From Octopus vulgaris (lineage: Eukaryota), in contig OX597819.1 in NCBI GenBank assembly GCA_951406725.2, positions 128,712,001 to 128,776,000 on the forward strand: DNA of 64,000 nucleotides, given 5' to 3'. This document shows positions 12,701 through 25,916 of this stretch, one piece after another. The notes under the pieces are model-generated. The model ran no database searches. It had not been told where the DNA came from and saw nothing but the letters and a program-made list of their open reading frames with translations. Position 1 is the first letter of the stretch; each line of letters starts with the position of its first letter. A program made the position numbers and the translations under genes.

Positions 12701-15590
12701 CCTTCCTTCCTTCCTTCCTTCCTTCCTTCCTTCCTTCCTTCCTTCCTTCCTTCCTTCCTTTCTTCCTTCCTTTCTTCCTTTCGTTCTTCCTTCCTTTCTT
12801 CCCTTCTTCCCTCCTTCCTTACTTCCTTTCTTCCTTTCTTCTTTTCTTCCCTTCTTCCTTCTTTCCTTTCTTCCTTTCTTCCTTCCTTTCTTTCTTCCTT
12901 CCTTTCTTACTTTCTATTTTCCTTCCTTTCTTCCTTTCTTCCTTCCTTCCTTTTTTCCTTCCTTTCTTCCCTTCTTCATTTCTTCCCTTCTTCCTTTTTT
13001 CGTTTCTTCGTTTCTTCCTTCCTTCTTTTATTCCTTTCTTCCTTTCTTTCTTCCTTTCTTCCTTCCTTTCTTCATTTCTTCCATCCTTCCTTCCTTCCTT
13101 TCTTCCTTTTTCCTTTCTTCCTTTCTTGCTTCCTTTCTTTCTTCCTTCCTTCCTCCCCTCCTTTCTTCCTTTCTTCCTTCGTTTTTTCGTTCCTTTCTTC
13201 CTTGCTTTCATTCTTTCTTTCTTTGTTTCTTTCTTCCTTCCTTTCTTCCTTTCTTCCTTTCTTCCCTCCTTTCTTCCTTCCTTTCTTCCTTTCTTCCTTC
13301 CTTCCTTTCTTCCTTTCTTCCTTCTTTCCTTTCTTCCTTCTTTTCTTCCTTCCTTCCTTTATTCCTTCCATTCTTCCTTCGTTTCTTCCTTCGTTTCTTC
13401 CTTCCTTTCATCCCTCGTTCCTTTATTCCCTTCTTCCTTCCTATCTTCCTTTCTTCCTTCCTTTCTTCCTTCCTTCCTTCCTTCCTTCCATTCTTCCTTC
13501 GTTTCTTCCTTCGTTTCTTCCTTCTTCTCTTCCTTTCTTCCTTCCTTTCTTCTTTCCATCCTATCTTCCTTCCTTCCTTCCTTTCTTCCTTCCTTCCTTT
13601 CTTTCTTCCTTCCTTCCTTCCTTTCTTCCTTTTCCTTCCTTTCTTCCTTCCTTTCTTCCTTTCTTTCTTTCTTCCTTCCTTTCTTCCTTTCTTCCTTCCT
13701 TCCTTTCTTCCTTCCTTTCTTCCTTTCTTCTTTTCTTCCCTTCTTCCTTCCTTCCTTCCTTCCTTCCTTTCTTCCTTTCTTCCTTCCTTTCTTCCTTCCT
13801 TCCTTCCTTCCTTTCTTCCTTCCTTTCTTCCTTCCTTCCTTTCTTCCTTCTTTCTTCCTTCCTTCTTTCTTCCTTCTTTCTTCCTTCCTTTCCTTCCTTT
13901 CTTCCTTCCTTTCTTCCTTCCTTCCTTCCTTCTCTTCCTTCTTCTTCCTTCCTTTCTTCCTTTCTTCCTTCCTTCCTTCCTTTCTTCCTTTCTTCCTTCC
14001 TTCTTCCTTTCTTCCTTCCTTTCTTCCTTCCTTTCTTCCTTCCTTCCTTTCTTCCTTCCTTCCTTCCTTCCTTCCTTTCTTTCTTCCTTCCTTTCTTCCT
14101 TCTTTCTTCCTTCTCTTCCTTCCTTTCTTCCTTCCTTCCTTCCTTCCTTCCTTCCTTTTTTTCCTTCCTTTCTTCCTTCCTTTCTTCCTTCCTTTCTTCC
14201 TTCCTTCCTTCCTTCCTTTCTTCCTTCCTTCCTTCCTTCCTTCCTTCCTTTCTTCCTTTCTTTCTTCCTTCCTTTCTTCCTTTCTTCCTTCCCTTCTTCC
14301 TTACTTCCTTTCTTCCTTCCTTCCTTCCTTCCTTCCTTCCTTCCTTCCTTCCTTCCTTTTTCCTTCCTTTCTTCCTTCCTTCCTTTCTTCCTTCCTTTCT
14401 TCCTTCCTTTCTTCCTTTCTTCCTTTCTTCCTTCGTTTCTTCCTTCCTTTCTTCTTTTCTTCCTTCCTTTCTTCCTTCCTTTTTCTTCCTTCCTTCCTTC
14501 CTTTCTTCTTTCTTCCCTTTTTCCTTCCTTCCTTTCTTCCTTCCTTTCTTCCTATCTTCCTTCCTTTTTTCCTTCCTTCCTTCCTTCCTTCCTTCCTTTC
14601 TTCCTTCCTTCCTTCCTTTCTTCCTTCATTCCTTCCTTCCTTCCTTCCTTTCTTCCGTCCTTCCTTTCTTCCTTTCTTTCTTCCTTCCTTTCTTCCTTCC
14701 TTCCATTCTTCCTTCCTTTCTTCCTTCCTTTCTTCCTTCCTTCCTTCCTTTCTTCCTTCCTTCCTTTCTTCCTTTCTTTCTTCCTTCCTTTCTTTCTTTC
14801 TTCCTTCCCTTCTTCCTTACTTCCTTTCTTCCTTTCTTCCTTTCTTCCTTCCTTCCTTCCTTCCTTTTGTTCCTTCCTTTCTTACTTCCTTTCTTCCTTC
14901 CTTCCTTTCTTCCTTCCTTTCTTCCTTCCTTCCTTTCTTCCTTCGTTTCTTCCTTCGTTTCTTCCTTCCTGCCTTCGTTCCTTTATTCCATTCTTCCTTC
15001 CTTTCTTCTTTCTTCCCTTTTTCCTTCCTTCCTTCCTTTATTCCATTCTTCCTTCCTTTCTTCCTTCCTTCCTTCCTTCCTTCCTTCCTTCCTTCCTTCC
15101 TTCCTTCCTTCCTTCCTTCCTTCCTTCCTTCCTTCCTTCCTTCCTTCCTTCCTTTCTTCCTTCGTTTCTTCCTTCGTTTCTTCCTTCGTTTCTTCCTTCC
15201 TTCCTTTATTCCTTTCTTCCTTCCTTTCTTCTTTTCTTCCCTTCTTCCTTCCTTCGTTTCTTCCTTCGTTTCTTCCTTCCTTCCTTTCTTCCTTCCTTTT
15301 TATTCCTTTCTTCCTTCTTTTCTTCCCTCCCTCCTTCCTTCCTTTCTTCCCTTCTTCCTTCCTTTCTTTCTTCCTTCCTTCCTTCCTTCCTTTGTTCCTT
15401 TCTCCCTTCCTTTCTTCCTTTCTTTCTTTCTTCCTTTCTTCCTTCCTTTCTTCCCTCCTTTCCTCCTTCCTTCCTCTCTTCCTTTCTTCCTTTCTTCCTT
15501 CTTGTCTTTCTTTCTTTCTTCTTTCCTTTCTTTCTTTCTTTCTTTCTTTCTTCCTTCCTTTGTTTCTTTGTTTCTTTGTTTCTTTCTTTT
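9733..15590. repeat. ~5.9-kb polypyrimidine/polypurine array of CCTT/CTT/CTTT units
   Basis: Plus strand almost exclusively C and T; explains the 1500-2100 aa ORFs because C/T-only frames cannot form stop codons. Confidence 0.97.
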
Positions 15591-16574
15591 CTTATCTGTC
15601 AAAAGTTAAAATGAAGACAATTACCTGGTAAATTTTAGTGCTAAACTAAGTGGGTGAGCTGGCCAGACAAAATACTTCGTGACATTTCCCGTGTCTTTAC
15701 GTGCCCTACCCCATCCTTTTAGGGTCTATAAAATAAGTACCAAAGGAGACTGTGGTCGATGTAACTGATTTACCGCTTCCTCGAAACTGCTGGCCTTGTG
15801 CCAAAATTTGAAATCCATATTATTATTATTATCTACTGTTCCGTTACTCTATACTGAAGACATGTTACCAAAAGAGACTTGTCCATCGATTGGCTTCAAA
15901 TTTTGGCACATGGCCAGCAATTTCGAAGGAAGGGGCTTGTCGATTACATCGACCCTCTGTACTCAACAGGTACTTATTTCATCGAAAGGATAGAAGTCGA
16001 CCTCAGCAGATTTTGAGCGTAGAACGTAAAAACGGACAAAATGCTGCTAAGCATTTTACCCTGCGAAGCGAGCATTAGATATTAAATATATAAAGGTAGT
16101 AATGTATTCCAGGGAGAGACGAACAGCAGGAGGTCTTCAGATAAGTGCCCCGCTAATGCAAGTGTTTCGACTGTAAACTCATACTATTAAGGAGTTCGAA
16201 TCACATACAGGTCACGATATCTGGATATCCCTCTATTGCCACGTTTTGCGCTACCGTTTGCATTTTTAATCTGCAGTCTCCTGGGTGGTCAGTGTTCCAG
16301 AGCTAAGGTACCATTACTGTCTGAGACTCTAGGGTATGTTATGACTCTTGAAGATGAGCCACATACTTATAGTTATACTTTTGAGGGGAAAAGCTGGAGA
16401 AATAAGAAAAGAAACGAAATAATGTTAATATGCTTACCTCCTTTATAAGAAAAAACGAGTAAACCAACAGTTAAATTGCTTTTATATTTCAACTTGCCAT
16501 AAAAATTACCATTGACACAAACACAATGCACTTCGTTTACTGTTAATATTTTGGTTAAATAAATATATATATTT

Positions 16575-16746
16575 AGGCGTAGGAGTGGCTGTGTGGTAAG
16601 TAGCTTGCTTACCAACCACATGGTTCCGGGTTCAGTCCCATTGCGTGGCACCTTGGTCAAGTATCTTCTACTATAGCCTCGGGCCGACCAAAGCCTTGTG
16701 AGTGGATTTGGTAGACGGAAACTAGAAGAAACACGCCGTATATATG

Positions 16747-16815
<69 letters not shown>

Positions 16816-17015
16816 GCGCGTTTGTGTGTGTGTGTTTGTTCCCCCCAAAATCCCTTGACAACCGATGCTGCTTCGGTAAAAAGAGACCGATAGAATAAGT
16901 ACTAGGCTCCCAGAGAATAAGTCCTGGGGTCGATTTGCTCGACTAAAGGCGGTGCTCCAGCATGGCCACAGTCAAATGACTGAAACAAGTAAAAGAATAA
17001 AAAGAAAAGAAAAAG
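16575..17015 (+). mobile_element. SINE family A (tRNA-derived, internal (TG)n), with internal deletion
   Basis: A box tggctgtgtggt, B-box-like gggttcagtccc, internal microsatellite, LINE-like tail ggcggtgctccagcatggcc...ctgaaacaag. Confidence 0.88.
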
Positions 17016-17434
17016 AATATAAATGAATAAACGAATCTGTTAAGAAGAACAGTTATGTTGTTCTTATTATCATTGCTTAACCCCAGTCAGCCTTAATCTA
17101 GAAAACATAATCAAAAACAATTAAGTCATAACCATCCCATATTTGTTTCTAAAGCAGTGTGAGCCCTGGACCATATTGTCTCACAGTAAATCACAAACAA
17201 ATAATGTTTATATCGTTTGAAATAGTTTCAACATGTCCATGATTCCATTAAATAATATAGTACAAGGCCACCATTAATTCTATATATCGTCCTAAACAAT
17301 TTTCAGCCTTTCAAAAATTCTTCTCCTCTCACAAACAATAATCCCACAATCCCAAATCTCATTTGTTGTTTGGATGATTTGAAGAACAATGGAAATATTT
17401 GATATAGACTCGAATAAATAACGACAACAATGAT

Positions 17435-17650
17435 GGTTTCAGATTTTGGCACAAAGCAAAGAGCTTTGAAGAGAGGGGTTAGTTGAATACATAGACGCCA
17501 GCACTTAACCAGTATTTCATTTTATCGATGCCAAGAGGATGAAAGGCAGAGTTGAGCTGGGCGGAATTTGAACTCAAAAACTAAAGAGCCGAAACAAATG
17601 TTGCTACGAGTATTTTGTACATCATGCAAACGATCCAGTCAGTTCACCGC
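17435..17650 (-). mobile_element. SINE family C
   Basis: ttttatcgatgccaagaggatgaaaggcagagttgagctgggcggaatttgaactc matches the family core on the minus strand. Confidence 0.7.
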
Positions 17651-17654
17651 CTTG

Positions 17655-17663
17655 ATAATAATG

Positions 17664-17750
<87 letters not shown>
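17655..17750. repeat. (AAT)n microsatellite
   Basis: Directly visible. Confidence 0.95.
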
Positions 17751-17753
<3 letters not shown>

Positions 17754-17789
17754 TGCCGTGGAGCCACTGAGAGATTACCAAGACAAAAA

Positions 17790-17856
17790 TGTGAATCGAA
17801 ACCGCGATCCTCCGACCGCGAGTCCGCTGCCCTAACCATTGGGCCATTGCGCTTCC
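17790..17856 (-). mobile_element. tRNA-like head of SINE family B
   Basis: Reverse complement gcgcaatggcccaatggttagggcagcggactcgcggtcggaggatcgcggtttcgattc matches 32711, 33262 and 55019. Confidence 0.8.
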
Positions 17857-18379
17857 ACAGTTGTTGCTGCTGCTATAGCTACTGTTGCTACTGTTACTGC
17901 TGCATTCGCGGTTGTTGGTTTTAGTATTGCAGTTGTTGTTCTTATTGCTGTTGTGACCGCATGCTGCCGTTAGTGCCATTGCTCTTTTTTGCTGGTGTTG
18001 CTGCTGCTGGGATGAAGGTGTGATCAGGAGGGGGAATTCATTCACTCATCTTTGCTGTGGGGAGAAAGCTTTGAAATAGTTAGTATCAACACACAAGTGA
18101 TACCTTAGCTTCCTGTCCTCAATGACCCTGCATAGTTGTGAGCCACCTGGTAGACTGACAAGGCCCTGATGGATATAAAACATACGTACAAAAAAGAATA
18201 ACACTAAAAATAATAATCGTCCATACACGAAGCACGTAATTCGAAGAAGAGATATATCGAATGTGACAAGAAAGAGAAGCGGATTAAGGATTTCTATCTT
18301 AGTTGATGTATATCTCCCAATCTCCCACAATATATCACAGCAGAAAAGATCCAAGAAGAGTGAAAGATAGGAAGTAGAG

Positions 18380-18700
18380 TTTAAGAAGCGAGTTTCTACG
18401 AAGAAAAGAAGTTATTGTATGGCCATTTTAAGATACGAATATCTGAGATAAAGACCAAAATATCTTGAGATTGGTTTTCCCGCAGTGTTATAAATGGGGA
18501 AACTGAAGCACTGCTGAGACCAACAGAAAACCAAGCCTTGAATACTGATAAGCGATGTCAGCATATTCTACATAATGTTTTAGATGTCAGAGACAAACGT
18601 AAGTTACTTTGAGACTAATGTTTAAATGAAACACAGGCTTGAACACAGCAAGTCTGACATTATTTGTGATGAACGGAGATAAGAGTAAATGTCAGATTAC
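18380..18700 (+). pseudogene. R4/Dong-like RLE-LINE fragment
   Basis: Translates KLLYGHF...IS*DWFSRSVINGETEALLRPTENQALNT and later EHSKSDI, resembling the post-RT K.LHGQF/SW.WL/ETE.LL...Q.QAL.T region and the PD motif of RLE-clade LINEs. Confidence 0.6.
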
Positions 18701-19539
18701 TGAAGCTACCAATTCAGGACCTGAAAACATAGCCTCCAAAGAATTAAATAATTGCGCTGACTTGAAATTGAAATGATATGAATATGGTCCTTTCTATCTA
18801 ACATAGCAGCAAAACCGATTCTGAGAGAGCAGAAGTAACTCAAGTACTTGAAAAGTACTTCATTTATTGACCTCGGCGGGATGAAAGGTGAAGTTGATCT
18901 CAAGAAGAATTTGATCTTTAAGCGCACAGAGCTGAAACATGTATGAAAGGTATTTGCCCAACATTCTAACGATTTTGGCAGTCGGTCAGATTCTTTTATA
19001 CATACATACATACATACATACATACATACATACATACATACATGCATCTTTGCTTCTTTTTCGTTCTCTCTCTCTCTCTCTCTCTCTTTCTATCTCTATC
19101 TCCCCATCTTTCCCTCTTAATGTATCTCTTTCTACATCTACTCCTACTGTATCTCTTTCTCAACTTTTATCTCTCTTTCTGTCCCTGCTTGTCTCCATTG
19201 CCTACCACGTGACCGGTGTCCGGGAAGGCGGTGTTGTTCTTTTTTTTATCTTACCTTCGATTTGAGTGGTCATTGCTAGCCTCGGTTCCCGCTTTGTCCT
19301 CTAGGACTTTTTCCATTTCCTCTTGGTGTAACCCCACTAAGTTCGTCCGATAGCTGGAAAGCTCTTCCTGTTGTATTTGTTGTATATGTATAATTATTAT
19401 TATTTTTTTTCCGTTGTATATAGCCGTAGGCTTTGTGTCTTTATATATGTAGGGGTCTTTGTCTGTTGTATATATACAATGTCTTATTCGGTTCTGTCTT
19501 AGTACACATTCGCTAGCTTTTTCCCAGTAGCTTAATAAA

Positions 19540-20243
19540 AAGCACTTGCGCCAGCAAAATTCAACAGTATCAATGGTAATTGGAGCGAAACTGCTATAAT
19601 GTTTTGCATCATTGACTGACGAGGGAAACTCAGCTACGAATATTCCATGTATCGTGTCTTTGTCTAATCTCCCGTTCGTTAAGTTTTAGTATAATTTCCC
19701 GTTTGCTCTGCTTTCGTCTAACTTCTTGTATTATTTCTGCTCAACACTCGGTACATACATACATACATACATATATACATGCGCGCGCACACACAAACAC
19801 ATGCACGCGCGCACACACACATACATAACACCCATATATATACATATATAATTATGAGAGTGTATATATGTATACATAATTATATAACTATAGTTATGAG
19901 AGTATATATAGTATATGCATATATATGTGTGTGTATGCATATACTATATACACTCTCATAATTATATATGTATACACATGGGTGTGTATATGCGTGCGTA
20001 TGTGCGTGCGCATGCATGTATGTATATATCGAAGGTTGAACAGAAAGAATACAACAAGAAGTTAGACGAAAGCAGAACAAACGGAAAGCTATACGAAAAC
20101 TTAACGGACGGGAGATTAGACAAAGACACGATACATGGAGTATTCGCAGCTGAGTTTCTCTCGTCAGTAAATGATGCAAAATATCATAGCAGTTTCGCTC
20201 CAATTACCATTGATACTGTTCAATTTTGCTGGCGCCAGTGCTT
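19540..20243. repeat. ~700-bp diverged inverted duplication including its central microsatellites
   Basis: 19540-19750 is the reverse complement of 20027-20243 with scattered mismatches; inner segments 19829-19870 and 19951-19985 are also inverted. Confidence 0.9.
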
Positions 20244-20246
20244 ATA

Positions 20247-20316
<70 letters not shown>

Positions 20317-20577
20317 ATAACAATGAATACATAGATTAATACATCTGCACGTTTTTATTATTTCCATAGTCAATTATACAGCATATTTGATATATGTCCG
20401 ACTCATATTTCTGTTGCATAAACATCTCACAATTGTATATGCACCAAGTTGCATTCATCTAGTTAGTGAGTTGTCTACGCAGCTTTATTCAAGGTCCAGC
20501 TACTGTTGTGATGCAGTTTGCCATAATTTGGATTATGATTGAGTGCTCGAATGGGTACTCGCCTGGACACATTATCC

Positions 20578-20641
<64 letters not shown>

Positions 20642-20734
20642 ACATTTAGACATATATACATGCATGTTTACATGCATACATGCATATATATATGTATGAA
20701 TATATATATATGTATATATATACACACACACATA

Positions 20735-20947
20735 TATTCTTTTCTTTTATTCTTTTACTTCTTTCAATCATTTGACTACGGCCATGCTGGATCACTGCCT
20801 TTTAGTCGAAGGAATCGACTCCTGGACTTATTCTTTGTAAGCCTGGTACTTATTCTATCGTCTCTCTTGCCGAACCGCTAGGTTACGGGGACATAAACAC
20901 ACCAATATCGGTTGTCAAGTGATGGCGAGGGGACAAACACAGACACG

Positions 20948-21001
<54 letters not shown>

Positions 21002-21150
21002 TATGACAAGCTTTTTCAGTTTCCGTCTACCAAATCCACACACAAGACTTTGGTCGGCCCGAGGCTATAGTAGAAGACACTTGCCCAAAGTCCCACACAG
21101 TGGGACTAAAGCGGGAAACATGTGGAAGTAAGCTTCTTACCACACAGCTA
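20735..21150 (-). mobile_element. SINE family A
   Basis: Reverse complement of the family with internal (CA)n. Confidence 0.82.
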
Positions 21151-21462
21151 CGTATATATTATGCTTATATATATATACATATGTATGTGAATATGTATAT
21201 GTACGTATACATTACAAAATACAAAATTATATCTTGAGATCGCTAGTGATAACAACACTCAAAATATATAACAGACTGGAATAGTAAGTAGTGCTCAAAT
21301 GAGCTGTATACACTTATGTATACACTTTATATCTGTTCTGTGGATATAAATGAATATATGAATATATGAATATATGTATGTGTTTGGGGATTTTGTAATG
21401 ACCCTTTAGTTGCTGCTCACATTGCCTCCCCTCGGATTAATAAATATGTACGTATACATACA

Positions 21463-21586
<124 letters not shown>

Positions 21587-21911
21587 GACACACACACACA
21601 AATATTGATTGACAGATACTGATAGAGAGATAAATAGACGTATGCTCACAAATACTCTTATATACACATTAATTTGTTAAGTAAGCGAAATAGTTGAATG
21701 GAAATCAACTCCGAAGGCCACACCCTCACACCATTATCTTGTATCCTACCAAAGAAAAGGAGACAAAGAATGGCCATTTCGTTCTCATGTGACTGGAGGG
21801 TGGAGACTTTCAAGTAAACAGGCGTTTGAATGTAGTTGTATCATATGACAAGATATCTTTGTATACTCGACTAAACAATAATCAAGCCGGATTGGCCCAA
21901 CCTCCATCCAG

Positions 21912-21985
<74 letters not shown>

Positions 21986-23096
21986 ATGTGTGATGTTGGT
22001 TGGGTAATTGCTGAATTCCTTTTGTTTCACAGCACAGAATGGAAAAAAAAAAGTTTGTTTATTTCCCCTATTGCGTTACTAGAATAGGAAAGTTCAGTAA
22101 CAACAATAATTGTTTCAAATTTTGACACAAGGTCAGCAATTTAGCGAGAGAGGGTTCAGCCAATTACATTGACCTCATTACTTCATTGGAACTTTATTTC
22201 ATCGACCATGAAAGATGAAAGGCAAAGTTGACTTTGTCGGGAATAAAACTCGGAAGGTAAATGGCCGATACAAATGCCACTAGGCATGTTTTTCTGATAA
22301 CAAAGATTCCACTAATTCACTGCATAATAGTAATAATAATAATGATAATAATAATAATAATGATTTCTGCTCTAAGCACAAGACCTTGAAACTTTTGGGG
22401 GAATAATAGTAATAATAATAATATTTTAAAAAGGATTGACGTAACTCTTCACAAAGGTAAACAGTCAAGACGAAGTGAGCGATTCGATTGTAATAGATAT
22501 TTTATTGGTTGAACGATATTTCGACAGTAAGTCTGTCTTTGTCAAGTTCAAAATGAGAGGTGATAAAAATGATGATGATGATGATGATGATTTAATCCAT
22601 TCTACTATCGGCACAAGGCTTGGAATTTTGAGGAAGTGGGTTAATCGATACCATTGATTCCAGTTTTTGACTGATTCTTTATCTTTTCGACCCAGGAGAG
22701 ATGAAAAGATGACATTAGTCTAATTTGAACCCAGGACATATAGACTCTAAATTTTCAGAGGTTCTATCGATTCTGCCAGTTTATCATCTTAAATGGTTTC
22801 TGATTTAGGCATAAACCGGGCAACTGAGGGGAGGAGAGGGGGAGTAGTCGATACCATTGTCCCACTGCTTGACTTGTACTTTATTTTAACGACTCTCGAA
22901 AGAATGAACAGCAGATATCTTTGGTAGAACTTGAACTCCGTATGCTGAGTGGTTGAACTAAATACCGATTCCTTAACGTTTCTGCCAATCCACCATCTTT
23001 TGATCTTTTCTTAATTATTGCCACCCAGAACTTGACAATAATTTTTTTATTAAATTATTCACATTGTGGCTACAAAACATGTCAATATGTACAATA

Positions 23097-23155
<59 letters not shown>

Positions 23156-23166
23156 TGTATGTATAT

Positions 23167-23246
<80 letters not shown>

Positions 23247-23418
23247 GGCTTAGTAAAATAAATTACTTTGCCGCATACTGAACTCATTAGAAATAGCAGC
23301 TAAAAAACTTTTTTAAAGCTATTTCTAATACTTAAAGAAAATCTCTCTCATATATAGTGTTTGCTTAATTCAACTCACAAAAGTTTGGGGGTAAGGACAT
23401 CAAAAAATCAAATGCTAA

Positions 23419-23485
23419 GGTTATTTGAGAACGTACGTTTCAAGATTAGTCAAAACAACACTTCTATCATCAGCTCAGAAACTCC
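23419..23485 (-). ncRNA. Minimal type I hammerhead (copy 1 of array)
   Basis: Reverse complement of 24171-24238. Confidence 0.65.
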
Positions 23486-24170
23486 TTGGTTTGGATTTGG
23501 AAACACTGAAAGTAAGAACATACCCTTTCGAAGATCCGCTCGTAACTAACAGTGCCAACAAACCCAAATAAGCAAGCGAAGAATTTCTGTTCTCCCTTTC
23601 CACCAGCGTGGGTTAAAATCATCAAACACTATGCTTATTTCGGTAAAATCCGAAGCATTAATTAGAGGGAGATTAATTATAATTTCAACAATTGAGGGTA
23701 AAATTAATTAATTATTAATCAATTTCACCAAGTGTTCAGTATGCAAAGGGACCATTTAAGGCGAATTCAAATTATTACATTATATAAAAGGGCTTAGTAA
23801 AATAAATTACTTTGCCGCATACTGAACTCATTAGAAATAGCAGCTAAAAAACTTTTTTTAAAGCTATTTCTAATACTTAAAGAAAATCTCTCTCATATAT
23901 AGTGTTTGCTTAATTCAACTCACAAAAGTTTGGGGGTAAGGAATTAATTAATTTTACCCTCAATTGTTGAAATTATAATTAATCTCCCTCTAATTAATGC
24001 TTCGGATTTTACCGAAATAAGCATAGTGTTTGATGATTTTAACCCACGCTGGTGGAAAGGGGAGAACAGAAATTCTTCGCTTGCTTATTTGGGTTTGTTG
24101 GCACTGTTAGTTACGAGCGGATCTTCGAAAGGGTATGTTCTTACTTTCAGTGTTTCCAAATCCAAACCAA

Positions 24171-24238
24171 GGAGTTTCTGAGCTGATGATAGAAGTGTTG
24201 TTTTGACTAATCTTGAAACGTACGTTCTCAAATAACCT
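24171..24238 (+). ncRNA. Minimal type I hammerhead (copy 2 of array)
   Basis: tgag-CTGATGA-t aga agt gttgttttg act aa tct t-GAAA-cgtac-GTT-ctca; stem I tgag/ctca; palindromic ACGTACGT stem III; predicted cleavage after 24226. Confidence 0.65.
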
Positions 24239-24714
24239 TAGCATTTGATTTTTTGATGTCCTTACCCCAAACTTTTGTGAGTTGAATTAAGCAAACACTA
24301 TATATGAGAGAGATTTTCTTTAAGTATTAGAAATAGCTTTAAAAAAGTTTTTTAGCTGCTATTTCTAATGAGTTCAGTATGCGGCAAAGTAATTTATTTT
24401 ACTAAGCCCTTTTATATAATGTAATAATTTGAATTCGCCTTAAATGGTCCCTTTGCATACTGAACACTTGGTGAAATTGATTAATAATTAATTAATTTTA
24501 CCCTCAATTGTTGAAATTATAATTAATCTCCCTCTAATTAATGCTTCGGATTTTACCGAAATAAGCATAGTGTTTGATGATTTTAACCCACGCTGGTGGA
24601 AAGGGGAGAACAGAAATTCTTCGCTTGCTTATTTGGGTTTGTTGGCACTGTTAGTTACGAGCGGATCTTCGAAAGGGTATGTTCTTACTTTCAGTGTTTC
24701 CAAATCCAAACCAA

Positions 24715-24782
24715 GGAGTTTCTGAGCTGATGATAGAAGTGTTGTTTTGACTAATCTTGAAACGTACTTTCTCAAATAACCT
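24715..24782 (+). ncRNA. Minimal type I hammerhead (copy 3; stem III G>T change)
   Basis: Reads GAAACGTACTTT instead of GAAACGTACGTT. Confidence 0.55.
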
Positions 24783-25048
24783 TAGCATTTGATTTTTTGA
24801 TGTCCTTACCCCAAACTTTTGTGAGTTGAATTAAGCAAACACTATATATGAGAGAGATTTTCTTTAAGTATTAGAAATAGCTTTAAAAAGCTGCTATTTC
24901 TAATGAGTTCAGTATGCGGCAAAGTAATTTATTTTACTAAGCCCTTTTATATAATGTAATAATTTGAATTCGCCTTAAATGGTCCCTTTGCATACTGAAC
25001 ACTTGGTGAAATTGATTAATAATTAATTAATTTTACCCTCAATTGTTG

Positions 25049-25094
<46 letters not shown>

Positions 25095-25096
<2 letters not shown>

Positions 25097-25272
25097 GCGC
25101 AGGAGTGGCTGTGTGGTAAGTAGCTTGCTAACCAACCACATGGTTCCGGGTTCAGTCCGATTGCGTGGCATCTTGGGCAAGTGTCTTCTGCTATAGCCCC
25201 GGGCCGACCAATGCCTTGTGAGTGGATTTGGTAGACGGAAACTGAAAGAAGCCTGTCGTATATATGTATATA

Positions 25273-25320
<48 letters not shown>

Positions 25321-25513
25321 TCCCCCTAGCATTGCTTGACAACCGATGCTGGTGTGTTTACGTCCCCGTCACTTAGCGGTTCGGCAAAAGATACCTATAG
25401 AATAAGTACTGGGCTTACAAAGAATAAGTCCCGGGGTCAATTTGCACGACTAAAAGGCGGTGCTCCAGCATGGCTGCAGTCAAATGACTGAAACAAGTAA
25501 AAGAGCAAAAGAG
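25095..25513 (+). mobile_element. Full-length SINE family A
   Basis: aggcgcaggagtggctgtgtggtaag head through gactgaaacaagtaaaagag tail. Confidence 0.9.
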
Positions 25514-25516
25514 TAA

Positions 25517-25549
<33 letters not shown>

Positions 25550-25550
<1 letters not shown>

Positions 25551-25879
25551 GGAGACCCCCTTCGGCCATGAATGACCATGGGATTGCACCCAGACCCTCC
25601 GAGGCACAAGTCCGGGCAAGGTTGTTTGTGGAAGGCCAGCAGAGGCCCATGCATACCAGCCTCCCCTCTCCACGCCACCAGTGTTATCCAAGGGAAAGGC
25701 AATGGGACCGATACAGCTTGGTACCAGTGACGTTGCAAGTCATTTCTACAGCTGAGTGAAACTGGAGCAACGTGAAATAAAGTGTCTTGCTCAAGAACCA
25801 AACACACAGCCCGCTCCGGGAATCGAACTCACAACCTCATGATCGTAAGCTCGGCGCTCTAACCACTAAGCCATGCGCC

Positions 25880-25883
<4 letters not shown>
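25550..25883 (-). mobile_element. tRNA-derived SINE (distinct body)
   Basis: Reverse complement begins gaaggcgcatggcttagtggttagagcg...gagttcgattcc (A and B boxes), then cttgagcaagacactttatttcac; a degenerate copy lies near 5195-5330. Confidence 0.78.

Positions 25884-25916
<33 letters not shown>

Larger units (their letters stand above)
23241..25055. mobile_element. Retrozyme/Penelope-pLTR-like multimer: 544-bp unit, ~1.3 copies on minus then ~2.05 copies on plus, embedded in (TA)n
   Basis: Unit recurs at 23241 and ~23785; inversion junction at ~23942; CTGATGA at 24183 and 24727 (544 bp apart); copies nearly identical; no long ORF. Confidence 0.8.

Noticed and set aside
16430-16460. Minus-strand GAG|gtaagc donor after a T-rich tract
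   Set aside because: No supportable exon frame or recognisable peptide.
19585-19650. GAAAC...CTGACGA words in the inverted repeat (also ctgatgaaacgtc at ~46144)
   Set aside because: No consistent three-stem hammerhead fold could be drawn.
23241-25055. CRISPR-like or ordinary satellite interpretation of the array
   Set aside because: No short repeat-spacer alternation; few long identical units with an inversion in eukaryotic DNA.
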